DNA from: an uncultured Acidimicrobiia bacterium
Lineage (GTDB): Bacteria > Acidobacteriota > Terriglobia > Versatilivoradales > Versatilivoraceae
DNA length: 64,000 bases
Assembly (NCBI GenBank): GCA_963786955.1
Contig: CAWBAT010000005.1
Span: forward strand, 544,001 to 608,000
Direction of reading: 5' to 3'
This document shows, piece by piece, positions 40,242-50,959 of this stretch; position 1 is the stretch's first letter, and each line of letters starts with the position of its first letter. The notes below the pieces were generated by a model. It did not search any database, was not told the origin of the DNA, and worked only from the letters and a program-made list of their open reading frames with translations. Made by a program: the position numbers and the translations under genes.

Positions 40242-40446
40242 TAGCCCGGATTTCTCACCACCGGGGGAAAACAGAAACAGTAGAGTAGCGAAACCATTTG
40301 AATTCAGAGCTCCTTGGCAACGTAGGGAACGCTGCGGCGAGCGTTCCCTACAAACAGTTCGACAATTTCTTTCCACCGTTCTTTTTCCTTGGGAAGAGGA
40401 ACACAATAATGAATTATCGGCTCCCCTCGCCCCAACGCGGGAGAGG
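40242..40446 (+). repeat. ~205 bp MITE-like repeat, left copy
   Basis: Highly similar to the reverse complement of 44405-44610; contains a GTAGGGAACGC REP hairpin. Confidence 0.85.
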
Positions 40447-40877
40447 GGCTGGGGGGGGAAATGCGGCGCTGGTGACGAGAAATTTGGATTAGCATGTCTT
40501 CGAATCTATTGACTCACTTCGAGATTTTTTGTGATGGCAGAACTACTGGCCGGAAAACATGGCGGTGCGCTGCTCGAGGATGTCGGGTCCTCCAGAAACC
40601 GCTTATCCAGGGCTTCTTGAGGGAGAAAGAGTGTTTTAATCCTTGAAAAACTTTCTTTTGGAATCGATCTTTCTATCCGCAATCTCTCTAACCTGGCCCG
40701 ACTCCGTCGTATCTCTTATTCCCCCTCTTCCCCGCCGCTTACCTTCTCCCCCGATAACTCCAATAGAATCTGACCCACATTTCTGGTGTTTTTCAAACGG
40801 TGCACTTTCAGACTTGCTTATCCTTTGGTTCACTGATGCCGAAATGAATGGGGAAACCAGTTGGAGCTCCACCCCTT

Positions 40878-41183
40878 ATGAATATTGATACTCACGCCAT
40901 CCCCCGCAGAGGGCCGCGATTTGAAATCAAGCTGCCGGTCACGGTCAGTGGAATTACCAAGGACGGACACTATTTTAGGCGGCCTGCCGAAACCCTCAAT
41001 GGAAGCACAGAAGGCATGGGATTGCTTTTGGACCAAGAGTTGGATCCCTTTGCCGCCCTGGTCATTTCCATTTCGCGCAACGAACAGGTCCTTCAAATTC
41101 AATCCGAAGTTCGTCACGTTACACCCTTTGACAAGCAGAGGAATCTGGTCGGCGTCAAATTCAGGAAGATGGCGTTTGTTTAA
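40878..41183 (+). CDS. PilZ domain protein
   Basis: RRGPRF (RxxxR), NGSTEG (D/NxSxxG), VRH, GVKF. Confidence 0.78.
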   Translation: MNIDTHAIPRRGPRFEIKLPVTVSGITKDGHYFRRPAETLNGSTEGMGLLLDQELDPFAALVISISRNEQVLQIQSEVRHVTPFDKQRNLVGVKFRKMAFV

Positions 41184-41348
41184 GGCTGATGGATCCTTAT
41201 ATTACCGCGACACATTCAACCATAAATCTTCGTGGCTACCAGTTCTTCATTCCAGGAGCATCGTCTGGTAGAGAATGAGATAAAATCATCCGAATCATTG
41301 CAAAGCCGCTATACTGCCTCATGATTTGACAAGGATCTAAGGATCCAT

Positions 41349-42852
41349 TTGGCGGCGTCTCCATTGGCAAGCAACGACAAACAGACAAGAACAAAAACGA
41401 CCGATAACCTGCTCATTCTTCTTACGGGTGCGACAGGCTACATTGGCGGGCGTTTGCTCCAGTTGCTGGAACATCGCGGCTATCGAGTACGTTGCCTGGC
41501 CCGACGTCCTGAATTTCTCAGGCCAAAGGTCTCGCCATCGACAGAAGTTGTGCCCGGAGACGTGCTGGATCGCCGCAGCCTTGAATCAGCCTTTCAGGGA
41601 ATCGGTGCGGCCTACTACCTGGTTCACTCGATGGGTTCGGCGGGATCCTTTGAGGAGAATGATCGACAAGCAGCCCGCAACTTCGGCGAGGCTGCGAAAG
41701 TCAGCAGGGGTGAAGCGCATCATCTACCTGGGCGGTTTGGGGAACGAACACGAAACGCTCTCGCCACACTTGCGCAGCCGCCAGGAAGTCGGACAGATCC
41801 TGCGCGAGTCGGGCATACCTGTGGTCGAGTTTCGCGCCTCTATTGTCATCGGGTCTGGGAGCCTGTCCTTTGAAATGATCCGCTCGTTAGTGGAACGGCT
41901 GCCGATCATGATCACCCCGAAATGGGTATCCATGCGAGCGCAGCCGATTGCGGTGGACGATGTGATCGCGTACCTGATCGCGGCGATTAATTTGCCGCTT
42001 TCCGAACACCATATTTATGAGGTCGGCGGAGCAGACCAAGTATCTTACGCCGATATCATGCGCGCCTATGCGCGGCAGCGCGGGATGCGCATCCGGATGA
42101 TCCCAGTGCCCGCGCTGACCCCCTTTCTGTCCAGCTTGTGGCTGGGACTGGTCACGCCTTTGTATGCTCGCGTCGGGCGCAAGCTCATTGAGAGCATCGT
42201 GCATTCAACGGTAGTTCGCGATGATACGGCACTGAAGACGTTCGACATCCGCCCAATAGGAATCGAGGAAGCACTCTCTCACGCACTGGCCAGGGAAGAG
42301 AAGCAGTTTGCCGCTACAAGGTGGTCTGATGCGCTGTCCACCTCGCCCCTAGTCTCTTCGTGGGGTGGCGTGCGATTCGGAATGCGGCTCGTTGACTCGC
42401 GGGCGACTCGTCTAGCCATTCCGCCTGAAGTTGCCTTCAAGCCCATTCAGCGGATTGGGGGCGACACAGGCTGGTACGCCTGGAACTGGCTGTGGCGGTT
42501 CCGAGGCTTTGTCGACCTGCTGGCGGGGGGCGTAGGCGTGAGGCGTGGGCGCCCGATGCCGGAAACTTTGCGCGTTGGCGATGCCGTCGACTTCTGGCGC
42601 GTGGAGGTGTTCGAGCCCCACCGGCGTCTGCGTCTTGCCGCCGAGATGAAATTACCCGGGCGGGCGTGGTTGGAATTTGAGGTTAGCGGAGACGAGTCTT
42701 CGGCAACGATTCGCCAGACAGCAATTTTTGACCCGGTGGGGTTTTTCGGGCAGGTTTACTGGTACGCGCTTTATCCCGTACATCAGCTCGTGTTTGGTGG
42801 CATGCTGAAGGGTATCGTAGCCGCAGCTCTTCGTGACGAAGCGAAGGGCTAA
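41349..42852 (+). CDS. Atypical SDR/NAD-dependent epimerase with DUF2867 C-terminus (YbjT-like); one extra base at ~41700
   Basis: TGATGYIGGRL, YYLVHSM joining IIYLGGLG, FRASIVIGSGS, AEMKLPGRAWLEF. Confidence 0.82.
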
Positions 42853-43167
42853 AGAATGACCCCAACACATCTCACCCGTAGGCTGACACTCCGCCACTTT
42901 ATCCCGATCTTGCAGGATCGGGCCACTGCCTCTTCACCCGATTTACGGACCTGACAATTGGGCTCCAATTGAATGTTTGTATTTCATTTGGCCGCAGGCT
43001 AGAATCACGCGAAGCTAGCTCAAATCGTGGCTTCACGCGCACTTGATCCAGTTTCATGTCCGCTCCAGTGGTTGATGACTAAGACGTTGACCCGACCTGG
43101 ACACTCACAGAGGGATCACACGTGCCGGCGGCTTGTTGTGCTGGCATGAACCGCCCTGAGGAGGCAC

Positions 43168-43611
43168 TTGTTCGCAGATCTTGAAGATCTCGCTGGACGA
43201 TTTTTGGCGGGCACAATCCCGTTCGGAGAATGGACCCATCAGGCACATCTGGCCGTCGGAACGTGGCATGTGAGCCGATATGGAGCCAAAGAGGCGCTTG
43301 CACGTCTTCGGATCGGAATCCAGTGTCTGAATGAGAAACATGGAACGCCCAATTCGTTGACGCGGGGTTATCATGAAACGATTACCTGCGCCTATGTCCA
43401 GCTTCTTGCAGAGTTTCTTGCGAGTTGTCCTCCAGGGATGCCGCTCCAAGAGCAAGTGGTGTGCCTCTTAGAGGGCCCGGTGGCTGACAAGAATCTGCTT
43501 TTCAAATTCTATTCCCGTGAGACCCTAATGTCTGCACGAGCGAGGTCTGAATGGGTCGAGCCGGACATTGCACCGCTGAGATTAGATGGTATTCTTGGAA
43601 AGCAAAGTTAA
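43168..43611 (+). CDS. Conserved hypothetical protein
   Basis: WTHQAHL, GYHETIT, YSRE.L.S..AR..WVEPD pattern. Confidence 0.7.
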   Translation: MFADLEDLAGRFLAGTIPFGEWTHQAHLAVGTWHVSRYGAKEALARLRIGIQCLNEKHGTPNSLTRGYHETITCAYVQLLAEFLASCPPGMPLQEQVVCLLEGPVADKNLLFKFYSRETLMSARARSEWVEPDIAPLRLDGILGKQS

Positions 43612-43716
43612 GACCGAATCCCGAAGTTGCTTGCCCGAACCTGAATAGAGACCTTACCAAGCAGCTCTACCTTCGGCGTTGTGAATCAAAACAATCCAGT
43701 ACAGGAGGTACTTTAG

Positions 43717-44301
43717 ATGAGTAAGGGAAGGCTGGAAGCGTTCAGTGATGGCGTGATTGCCATCATCATTACCATCATGGTGCTCGAATTAAAGGTGCCC
43801 CATGAAGCCACATTGGCGGCACTGATCCCAGTGTTCCCGGTATTTTTAAGCTATATTCTCAGTTTTGTCATTCTCGGCATCTACTGGAATAACCATCATC
43901 ACTTACTCCAGGCTATCAAGCAGGTAGACGGACGTGTGCTTTGGGCCAATTTACATCTGCTGTTCTGGTTGTCCCTCATCCCCTTTGTCACGGGGTGGGT
44001 AGGGCAGAATCATTTTGCCGCCTGGCCGGTGGCACTTTACGGCGTGGTGCAATCCTTTGCCGCCGTCGCTTATTTTATTCTCACCCAAGTCCTCATCTTT
44101 CTGCACGGCAGAGATTCCGCTCTGGCGACTGCAATAGGCCGGGACTTCAAAGGCAAGGCCTCAACGGTGGTCTTTTTTGTGGCGGTTCCTATTGCCTTTC
44201 TGAATTCGTGGTTCGCCTTCATCTTGTACGTTATGGTTGCCGTCATGTGGCTCGTCCCCGATCGTCGGATTGAAAAAACACTAGCCGAACGGGGCACGTG
44301 A
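43717..44301 (+). CDS. TMEM175 family potassium channel
   Basis: RLEAFSDGVIAIIITIMVLE, YWNNHH; AGGAGG RBS. Confidence 0.9.
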   Translation: MSKGRLEAFSDGVIAIIITIMVLELKVPHEATLAALIPVFPVFLSYILSFVILGIYWNNHHHLLQAIKQVDGRVLWANLHLLFWLSLIPFVTGWVGQNHFAAWPVALYGVVQSFAAVAYFILTQVLIFLHGRDSALATAIGRDFKGKASTVVFFVAVPIAFLNSWFAFILYVMVAVMWLVPDRRIEKTLAERGT

Positions 44302-44404
44302 TCTCAACGAGAAGCGGCCTTCGAACAATCCTGAAGCCGGCACAGATTTCTCACCAAGAGCGTCGCATTCCCCCTCACCCCCTGAAGCAGTCTCAATGCT
44401 TCAG

Positions 44405-44610
44405 CCTCTCCCGCGTTGGTGCGAGGGGAGCCGATAATTCATGATTGGGTTCCTCTTTCTAAGGGAGAGAGAAGGTGGAAAGAAATTGTCGAGCTATTTG
44501 TAGGGAACGCTCTCCGCAGCGTTCCCTACGTTGCCAAAGAGCTCTGAATTCAAATCGTTTCACTACTCTACTGTTTCTGTTTTCCCCCGGTGGATGAGAA
44601 ATCCGCGCTA
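44405..44610 (-). repeat. ~205 bp MITE-like repeat, right inverted copy
   Basis: Reverse complement of 40242-40446. Confidence 0.85.
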
Positions 44611-44623
44611 GTGTCCATGGGCG

Positions 44624-45178
44624 TCAGTGAATATGCCTGATCTCCGGCGCAGTTCTCCAGTTTCTCTTTTCAATGAGACGAACATTGGGGACATCTTTCA
44701 ACCAAAGCAGGTAGGTTTGCAGTTTGCGTAGCTCTTGGTCTAATGCATCTCCCATAAATGGCGTCACATAAATGGTGTTTCCGTAATGACGCTCGAGCTT
44801 CTCAGGACTGTCATCGATAACCACGATGCTCTCCAGAGAAAAGCCAAGCCGTCTGACTTTTTTGAGATCTTTAATCCAATGGTCTTCCCCTGAATCAGTA
44901 TCGAATCTCCGTGTGCAACGATTTCGTGTCCATACAAATTGAAGCTTTTCCGGATTTTCAAATATTGTCCTGACGACATCGTTTGCATAGCCAGAACCCG
45001 ATGAGGTCCAGACGGCAACCTTGAAGTACGCAAACGCAAATTCGATGAAGCTCTTGAGATCGGGCCGCTGGTAAACGAAATAAGACCCAACTCGAAAGTC
45101 TTCTGTGCGGGACAACTTCTGTTCGGTGGCAAAAACCAGTGTTTCATCGAGGTCGAGAATGAGCAGTTTGGTCACCAT
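44624..45178 (-). CDS. HAD-family FCP1/NIF-like phosphatase
   Basis: LILDLDETLV, RP, WTSS, KDL, VIDDSP. Confidence 0.85.
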   Translation of the reverse strand: MVTKLLILDLDETLVFATEQKLSRTEDFRVGSYFVYQRPDLKSFIEFAFAYFKVAVWTSSGSGYANDVVRTIFENPEKLQFVWTRNRCTRRFDTDSGEDHWIKDLKKVRRLGFSLESIVVIDDSPEKLERHYGNTIYVTPFMGDALDQELRKLQTYLLWLKDVPNVRLIEKRNWRTAPEIRHIH

Positions 45179-45326
45179 GGCTTTATTAGCGACATTTTCT
45201 TGAAAGGTTTGTCGATCGGAAACTCAGCCGACCCACCCTGACACCCCTCCAGTGGAGGAGAATTGAGGCAAATCTCGATTGGGGAAGGCGCATCTTAAGA
45301 ATTTGCTCTTTAAGGCATCCGAGTCC

Positions 45327-46253
45327 TTACCTCCGGAGCCGGACATAGGCACGTTTGGCAAGGTAAAGAAAGTGCCCGACCACGCCTCGATCTTGCGCTT
45401 GCAGAAGCTTGGCTATCTCAGCGTATTGCTCGCGAATATGGTCATCGCGTACGGCAAACAGGTGCTTCATTTCAAGAACATCTTCGTGGCAGAGGACATA
45501 GCCTTCAGTGAATCGGTCATCCAGTTGACGATTCACATAAACTGTGGAGTGCCTGCCCGCGGTCTGTTCCGGGGGGCGTTCAGTCGTATAAAAATAAAGC
45601 GCAATGGATTTGCGCGACAAGGCCTTTTTGCCGGCAGGCAGGCGAATCTCAGAAAACCCATGCCAGCTTTGTTCACTTGTTTCGAAGAGGACGCCGCGAT
45701 TGAATAGAGGCAGAATCGCTTTAATCGGACGCGCTTCCCTCCGCGGATCGGAAAACAATTCGAGCGATCCGCCCCAAGCCGAGTCCCATTCCGGATTGAG
45801 ATAAACGATTAGATTGAGGCGCCGGTGCCAGCGTTCGCTGGGGTGGTAGTTGAAATCAATGTGGGCATCTAGGCCTTGCCCTTCGCGGTTTTCATGCGTA
45901 CCGCCTCCGAGGTAGAACGGGTCGTAGATCAAATCGGGAATTCCCGTAAGCTTACTGATAATCTCCAGAAACTTACGTGTCTGAATGGTTGCGTCCAGGC
46001 GGGAGTAAGTGCTCCCCAATTTGCGAATTCGGTCGAAGGTTGATTTGCTACCCACTTTCCCGTCATCACCGACAGCGCTGCCTCGCTCGAAGGCCGGGAA
46101 TTCTTCATACAGAGTTGTTGCGAATTCAGGAGAAAAAAAGCCATCGATAACAACATGGGGAAATGGCACCCCGGTAATGAATTGCTGGCGGTATGTCTCC
46201 GCTTTGTCGATTAGGTGCGCAGCAAGTATGGAAGGCTCTTCAAAATCAGTCAC
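45327..46253 (-). CDS. 2OG-Fe(II) oxygenase
   Basis: PFPHVVID, HIDFN (HxD), RRLNLIVYLN, WGGSLEL, SWHG, RKS. Confidence 0.85.
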   Translation of the reverse strand: MTDFEEPSILAAHLIDKAETYRQQFITGVPFPHVVIDGFFSPEFATTLYEEFPAFERGSAVGDDGKVGSKSTFDRIRKLGSTYSRLDATIQTRKFLEIISKLTGIPDLIYDPFYLGGGTHENREGQGLDAHIDFNYHPSERWHRRLNLIVYLNPEWDSAWGGSLELFSDPRREARPIKAILPLFNRGVLFETSEQSWHGFSEIRLPAGKKALSRKSIALYFYTTERPPEQTAGRHSTVYVNRQLDDRFTEGYVLCHEDVLEMKHLFAVRDDHIREQYAEIAKLLQAQDRGVVGHFLYLAKRAYVRLRR

Positions 46254-46310
46254 ATTGTCCTCTGAAATGGATCCACGATTTCAACGCCAATCGCAAGTCA
46301 GCCAGGGACT

Positions 46311-46733
46311 TTACCATGGATCGTAGGTGCCGAAGTTCCACAGATGGCCTTCTAGGTCACGGCATGAAAAGCCGCGCCCACCATAATCTTCATCCTTGAT
46401 GTCGAGTACGATTTTAGTGTCGGCGGCTTTGGCGCGTGAATAGACCACGTCTGCATCGGCAACAATCACATAGGGAGTCTGGGTTTCAGCGCCACCAATC
46501 TCGTCAGGTTGTTTCATCAGCCTCCCAAATTCCGAATCCACAATCGAGCCGAGCATGATCATCCCGTTCCCAAAGCTGAGCTGAGCATGGGCGATGGTTC
46601 CATCCGGGTTAGGCACGACCAGTTGCTTCTCGAAACCAAACGCTTCGCAAAGCCACTCAATCGCGGCGGGTGCATTACGATAACGGAGACAAGGGATGAC
46701 GGTGGCCTTTGTATTCTTTGCGAAAGTAGGCAT
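46311..46733 (-). CDS. VOC/glyoxalase family protein
   Basis: PCLRY..APAAIEWL..AFGF, DYGGRGF...DLEGHLWNFGTY. Confidence 0.88.
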   Translation of the reverse strand: MPTFAKNTKATVIPCLRYRNAPAAIEWLCEAFGFEKQLVVPNPDGTIAHAQLSFGNGMIMLGSIVDSEFGRLMKQPDEIGGAETQTPYVIVADADVVYSRAKAADTKIVLDIKDEDYGGRGFSCRDLEGHLWNFGTYDPW

Positions 46734-46745
46734 GGATTTCTCCTC

Positions 46746-47003
46746 TCAACATCTGTTCATGATGTTTAATGATTGCCAGTCGAATGACGCCGGACCATTG
46801 ACCCGCCAAATACCAAGGCCCAATGTAATGACGCCCAGCCAAAAGCTGAAAAAGAAGAGTAGACCCGGATCAATCGGATTGGGATTAGGGTCCGGCCAGA
46901 CCCCGACGTCCGCCAGAAAGATGATACCGAGCAGCGGGGCGCTTCCAACCATGAGTACGCCGAGTCCAATGCGAACTAATCGATCAGAAAAATACCCACG
47001 CAT
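46746..47003 (-). CDS. Small hypothetical membrane protein
   Basis: Two TM segments around DPNPNPI. Confidence 0.55.
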   Translation of the reverse strand: MRGYFSDRLVRIGLGVLMVGSAPLLGIIFLADVGVWPDPNPNPIDPGLLFFFSFWLGVITLGLGIWRVNGPASFDWQSLNIMNRC

Positions 47004-47124
47004 ATTTGTCTATGACTCGATCGAAAAGTGACGGTAGAAGCATATCACATCGGATTCAAAGAAAGGTCAGCGGCGCGCCGGAGTATCGAGTACAAACGCA
47101 AAATGTGATTTCATCAATCCGGCG

Positions 47125-47303
47125 CGACCTCCCTCAAGTCCCCCCTTGTTCAAGGGAGGACAGTCGCGAGGGACAGTGCCGCGTCTTCAACCGACCTAAG
47201 GGCCGAGTTCTAGGAGGCCGGATGACGCGTAGGGCTATCGCGGCGGCGCGGAACTCCGCCATCCTTCAACTGATTCCTCCTTTGAAGGGGGTGCAGGGGG
47301 ATG
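47125..47303. repeat. Paired palindromic REP/MITE-like element
   Basis: Left arm is closely related to 3885-3920. Confidence 0.65.
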
Positions 47304-47319
47304 TTTCGATTCATCTCGA

Positions 47320-49167
47320 TCAGCGCGCCAGTTCGGGATGCTTCAGATGAAAGCCAGTGGCATCTTGATAGGCTTTGGCTAAGGAGAGGAGCTTGGCTTC
47401 ACCAAAAAGATCCCCCAGAAATGTCAGGCTCACCGGTGTCTCGGGTCCTCCAAAGCGGTCATCGTCGGCATGATCCAGTGGCGGCAGGATCGGTGCGTCC
47501 CCCCCGCGAAAGCCATTCGGCAAAATAACGGCCGGATGGCCGGTGAGATTCGTTACGACCAGCTGATCGCTCGAAGTTGGAGCCACGATCACATCCACCT
47601 TTTTAAAAATCTCCGCCATAGCTTCCATGGCGAGCAGACGGGCACGGTTGGCATTAATGTAGTCGACCGCAGGATAAAAACGAGCAACCCGAAATAAGTT
47701 TGGCCAATCTTCCGGACCCTGTTCAGCAAGCAACCGGTCGCGCCCAGAGCGCGTCAGTTCGTCAAATGCAGCCGCGGCTTCAGCGAACAGAATCGGGATC
47801 ATCTCGTTGTAGGGCAGCTTAGGAATTTTCACTTCAATCAGGCGGACACCCATGGAATTCAGTTTGGCCAAAGCCGCTTGATCAAAGCGACGATCGTATT
47901 TCCGACGGATCATCGCCTCTGCATGGCGTTTCTTCCGCTCTTCCGCTTTCTTCAGCTCTTCTTGGCTGGGACTGGCTGGCAAAGCGGTTTCTTCGGGAAG
48001 AGGAGTTTCTTCCAAATCGAAGTCGGTCTTCAGATAACCGACGCGCAGCTTGCGCCAATCATACTCAGCGTCCCAATTGAAAGCCACGCGGTGCACGGTA
48101 CGATCATGATCATCCGGGCCGTAGATCGTATTGAGCACGAGGGCACAATCTTCGACGGAGCGACAGATGGGCCCCAGCTTGTCCATGGTCCAGGAAAGTG
48201 CCATCGCACCGGTACGCGGAACCATCCCAAAAGTCGGACGCAATCCTGTGGTCCCACAGCGGGTGGAGGGTGAAGAGATGGAACCAAGCGTTTCTGATCC
48301 AATTGCAAATCCCAAGCATCCGGCAGCGGTCGCCGAAGCCGGACCGGCTGAAGAACCACTGGAGCCTTGGACAGGATTCCAGGGATTGCGCGTTCTTCCT
48401 CCAAACCACTTGTCGCCCTTGGCCAGCGCACCGAGAGTGAGCTTGGCAACGAGGATCGCTCCGGCTTCATCCAGCCGTTTCACGACGGTGGCATTCTCAT
48501 CGAGAACTTGCCCCTGAAAACCTCCCGCACCCCATGTCGTTGGATAACCTTTGACAGCGAGAAGATCTTTCGCTCCCCACGGAATTCCATGCAACGGGCC
48601 GCGATAGTGGCCACCGGCAATCTCCCGATCGACCTCTTTAGCCTGTGCCAGGGCCCTTTCTTCAGTGAGTGTAATTACAAATTTCAGCTGGGGATCATAA
48701 CGCCGCAATCGTGCCAGGTACATTTGCGTGAGCGCCGTCGCGGTCACTTTTCTTGTCCGGAGTAATTCCGCCAGTTCATGAACGGTGGCAAAAGCCAATT
48801 TCTCCAGATCCTTTGGGACGATCGAATCCATTGGGGCCGACACTGCCGACATCTTCATCGGGCGAACTTCCGACTCGAACTTCATCCCGGGAAGCACCGG
48901 ATCAAAAATAAAGGCCGACGCCAGGCTGTTAGGGATATTCAGTGCACGGATCGCTTCAATATTTTTGAGATTATGATTCAGGCCCTCAAGCATCACAGGT
49001 TTGAGTTCATCACGGATCGTGACTCCTGCAATGAGGGCAGCCTGATTGATCATTTCCACGGTGATCTGGGTCTTTTGATCTGCAAGCGCCCAGAGCACTC
49101 CGGGGAAAAGGGTCGAAGAAAGACCGAGGTGAGAACACAATGCGAGGAAGCGACGCCGGTCAAGCAT
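47320..49167 (-). CDS. Amidase signature family protein with Tat-like signal
   Basis: DRRRFL; GPLHGIPWGAKD; GSSGSSAG; GSETLGSI. Confidence 0.9.
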   Translation of the reverse strand: MLDRRRFLALCSHLGLSSTLFPGVLWALADQKTQITVEMINQAALIAGVTIRDELKPVMLEGLNHNLKNIEAIRALNIPNSLASAFIFDPVLPGMKFESEVRPMKMSAVSAPMDSIVPKDLEKLAFATVHELAELLRTRKVTATALTQMYLARLRRYDPQLKFVITLTEERALAQAKEVDREIAGGHYRGPLHGIPWGAKDLLAVKGYPTTWGAGGFQGQVLDENATVVKRLDEAGAILVAKLTLGALAKGDKWFGGRTRNPWNPVQGSSGSSAGPASATAAGCLGFAIGSETLGSISSPSTRCGTTGLRPTFGMVPRTGAMALSWTMDKLGPICRSVEDCALVLNTIYGPDDHDRTVHRVAFNWDAEYDWRKLRVGYLKTDFDLEETPLPEETALPASPSQEELKKAEERKKRHAEAMIRRKYDRRFDQAALAKLNSMGVRLIEVKIPKLPYNEMIPILFAEAAAAFDELTRSGRDRLLAEQGPEDWPNLFRVARFYPAVDYINANRARLLAMEAMAEIFKKVDVIVAPTSSDQLVVTNLTGHPAVILPNGFRGGDAPILPPLDHADDDRFGGPETPVSLTFLGDLFGEAKLLSLAKAYQDATGFHLKHPELAR

Positions 49168-49295
49168 CCGTAATGAGTAACTCAAACGGAATTTAATGTC
49201 CAGCTGTCGCTTGGAAGTGGGTTGCCCTCGATGCAACCTGTCTGGCTTGTATCCAGTGCAAAAATGAACGATTACCGGATGTAGCGACTCTTGTA

Positions 49296-49352
49296 GGTAG
49301 GGAGGTTTCGTCGAAACCCCGATTGACGGCACTCTCGGCAGCACGCCCTACC
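49296..49352. repeat. GTAG-type REP pair
   Basis: GGTAGGG...CCCTACC with internal hairpins. Confidence 0.5.
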
Positions 49353-49379
49353 TTGAACGGCAAGATTCCCGAGCAATGC

Positions 49380-49931
49380 TCATTTAGACGGGGTTTTCCC
49401 CGTATTGAGGATCATTGGCGGTATTCCAAAATGTCCACCCATTTTTGCGAGATCAACCGGTCCTACGATGTTAACAACGGTCAATTCTTTGGGTTCAGCC
49501 GAAAGAATAGCCAAGCCGACAATCTTGTCACCACTGAGCATGGAATAAATCTCTGTGGACTCTTTTTCCTGCTTGCTATGTACACTCACGATCCTTGTCC
49601 AGCCTGGGGACTGCAACTGCTTGCGGATCAAGTCGAGATCAGCCTGAGAATAAACCCCTTCCTTCTCAAATTCGAAACTCCTGACATAAATTCCCTTCAG
49701 ACCTGAGACGAGTTCCTTAATCTCTGCATCAGTCTCACCTTTCGAAAGAAACTTGCTGGCTGTCTGCAACATGGGTCCTTCAAGGTCGACGTCAGAAACC
49801 TCGGATGCCTTTGCAGCCAGCTTATCCAGATGGTCGATTTTAAGCTTTGCCTCTTGGCCATAAGCCAAGGGGACCACGATCACAAGGAGTGACCCTAAAC
49901 AGAGAAGGCAATACAATTTCAAATTCTTCAT
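49380..49931 (-). CDS. DUF4252 family secreted protein
   Basis: Signal peptide; GLKGIYVRSFEF, EPKELTVVNIVGPVDL. Confidence 0.82.
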   Translation of the reverse strand: MKNLKLYCLLCLGSLLVIVVPLAYGQEAKLKIDHLDKLAAKASEVSDVDLEGPMLQTASKFLSKGETDAEIKELVSGLKGIYVRSFEFEKEGVYSQADLDLIRKQLQSPGWTRIVSVHSKQEKESTEIYSMLSGDKIVGLAILSAEPKELTVVNIVGPVDLAKMGGHFGIPPMILNTGKTPSK

Positions 49932-50048
49932 GAATCCTCCTTATTAGAAATTTGGAACTGCCTCTATGCGTTCTAATGCCAATGCTGTCTGTTGGCTACT
50001 AATTGAAAGTCCATTGGAATTCACGCTTGAAGCCCTCAGCTTTAAGTC

Positions 50049-50423
50049 TCACCGTTCCACTCGATCAAGGGTTTCTTTATTTTGAATCCTCAACAGTTTC
50101 TTCTGAACAATGCTCAACTTCTCATTTGCAATCCTCAGAGCCAAAACGAGTTGTTCCTTCGCCCTCTCTCCCTCAACCTCTGCCAGTCGATGGTTTTCGA
50201 CCCTTCGATAACCGAGCCGTCCCAAGCCCACCAACAGACAGGCCAAAACACCGACGGCCGCCCAGCGCAGCCTTGGTGCTACCAAGAGCTCACGAAGAGT
50301 CTTCTTCCAACTAATGTCATGCTTTTCGCGGACAGCAATCATCTCAAGAAGCCGAGCGGTGAAGAGGGCAGATGGTTCTTTCCTCGATAAGGCTTTTCGG
50401 AGTTGGTTTTCAAATTTGTTCAT
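50049..50423 (-). CDS. Putative anti-sigma factor (single TM)
   Basis: Overlaps the ECF sigma stop; one TM helix; AKEQLVLALRI. Confidence 0.65.
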   Translation of the reverse strand: MNKFENQLRKALSRKEPSALFTARLLEMIAVREKHDISWKKTLRELLVAPRLRWAAVGVLACLLVGLGRLGYRRVENHRLAEVEGERAKEQLVLALRIANEKLSIVQKKLLRIQNKETLDRVER

Positions 50424-50959
50424 ACTGCTGCTTTCTCCAACACCTGTAATTTCTCCCTCAATATAGCAATCGCTCTCTGCAATTGGCTTTTAACGGTATT
50501 CACAGGCATTTCCAAAATATCAGCGATTTCCTTGGGCTCCAGATCCTCCTGAAAACGTAAAGTGATTATGAGGCGTTGCTTTTCAGGGAGCGTCGCGATT
50601 AAACGTTGCAGTCGCTTTGACTGGAAGGGATCGTCTTCTCGATCAGAAATTTCGATCTGCGCCAGATCTTCTAAGTTCACAAGATGCCCCGACTTCCGAC
50701 GACGTATCCAATCAATGCAAAGATTTGATGTGACTTTTCGCAGCCAGAAGACAAGATGTTGAGGTGATTGGAACGGAGCTCCGTGTCGAGAAAGTTTCAG
50801 AAAGACTTCTTGGGCAAGCTCTTCTGCCTCTCCAGTGTCGTTAAGAAAATGATAAGCCAAGCTATAGACCATAGCCTGATTTTCCCGAATCAATTTCTCA
50901 AGCGCTAGGAGACCAGCAACCTTTTGATCCGCCTTTGTCTCATTGTCATCTCGATGCAT
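50420..50959 (-). CDS. ECF RNA polymerase sigma factor
   Basis: AEELAQEVFL, WLRKVTSNLCID, EIADILEMPVNTVKSQLQRA. Confidence 0.9.
   Translation of the reverse strand: MHRDDNETKADQKVAGLLALEKLIRENQAMVYSLAYHFLNDTGEAEELAQEVFLKLSRHGAPFQSPQHLVFWLRKVTSNLCIDWIRRRKSGHLVNLEDLAQIEISDREDDPFQSKRLQRLIATLPEKQRLIITLRFQEDLEPKEIADILEMPVNTVKSQLQRAIAILREKLQVLEKAAV

Noticed and set aside
44624-47003. Possible third cassette array on the minus strand
   Set aside because: The genes look cassette-like, but no convincing attC or attI was found between them.
49168-49344. N-terminal ORF extensions (also 3829-3894, 26461-26496, 7543-7848)
   Set aside because: They run through REP sequences or neighbouring genes; downstream starts fit signal peptides or RBS better.
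49953-49977. GGAACT...TCTAA ECF-like promoter
   Set aside because: It is on the + strand, pointing away from the DUF4252 gene and antisense to the sigma operon.
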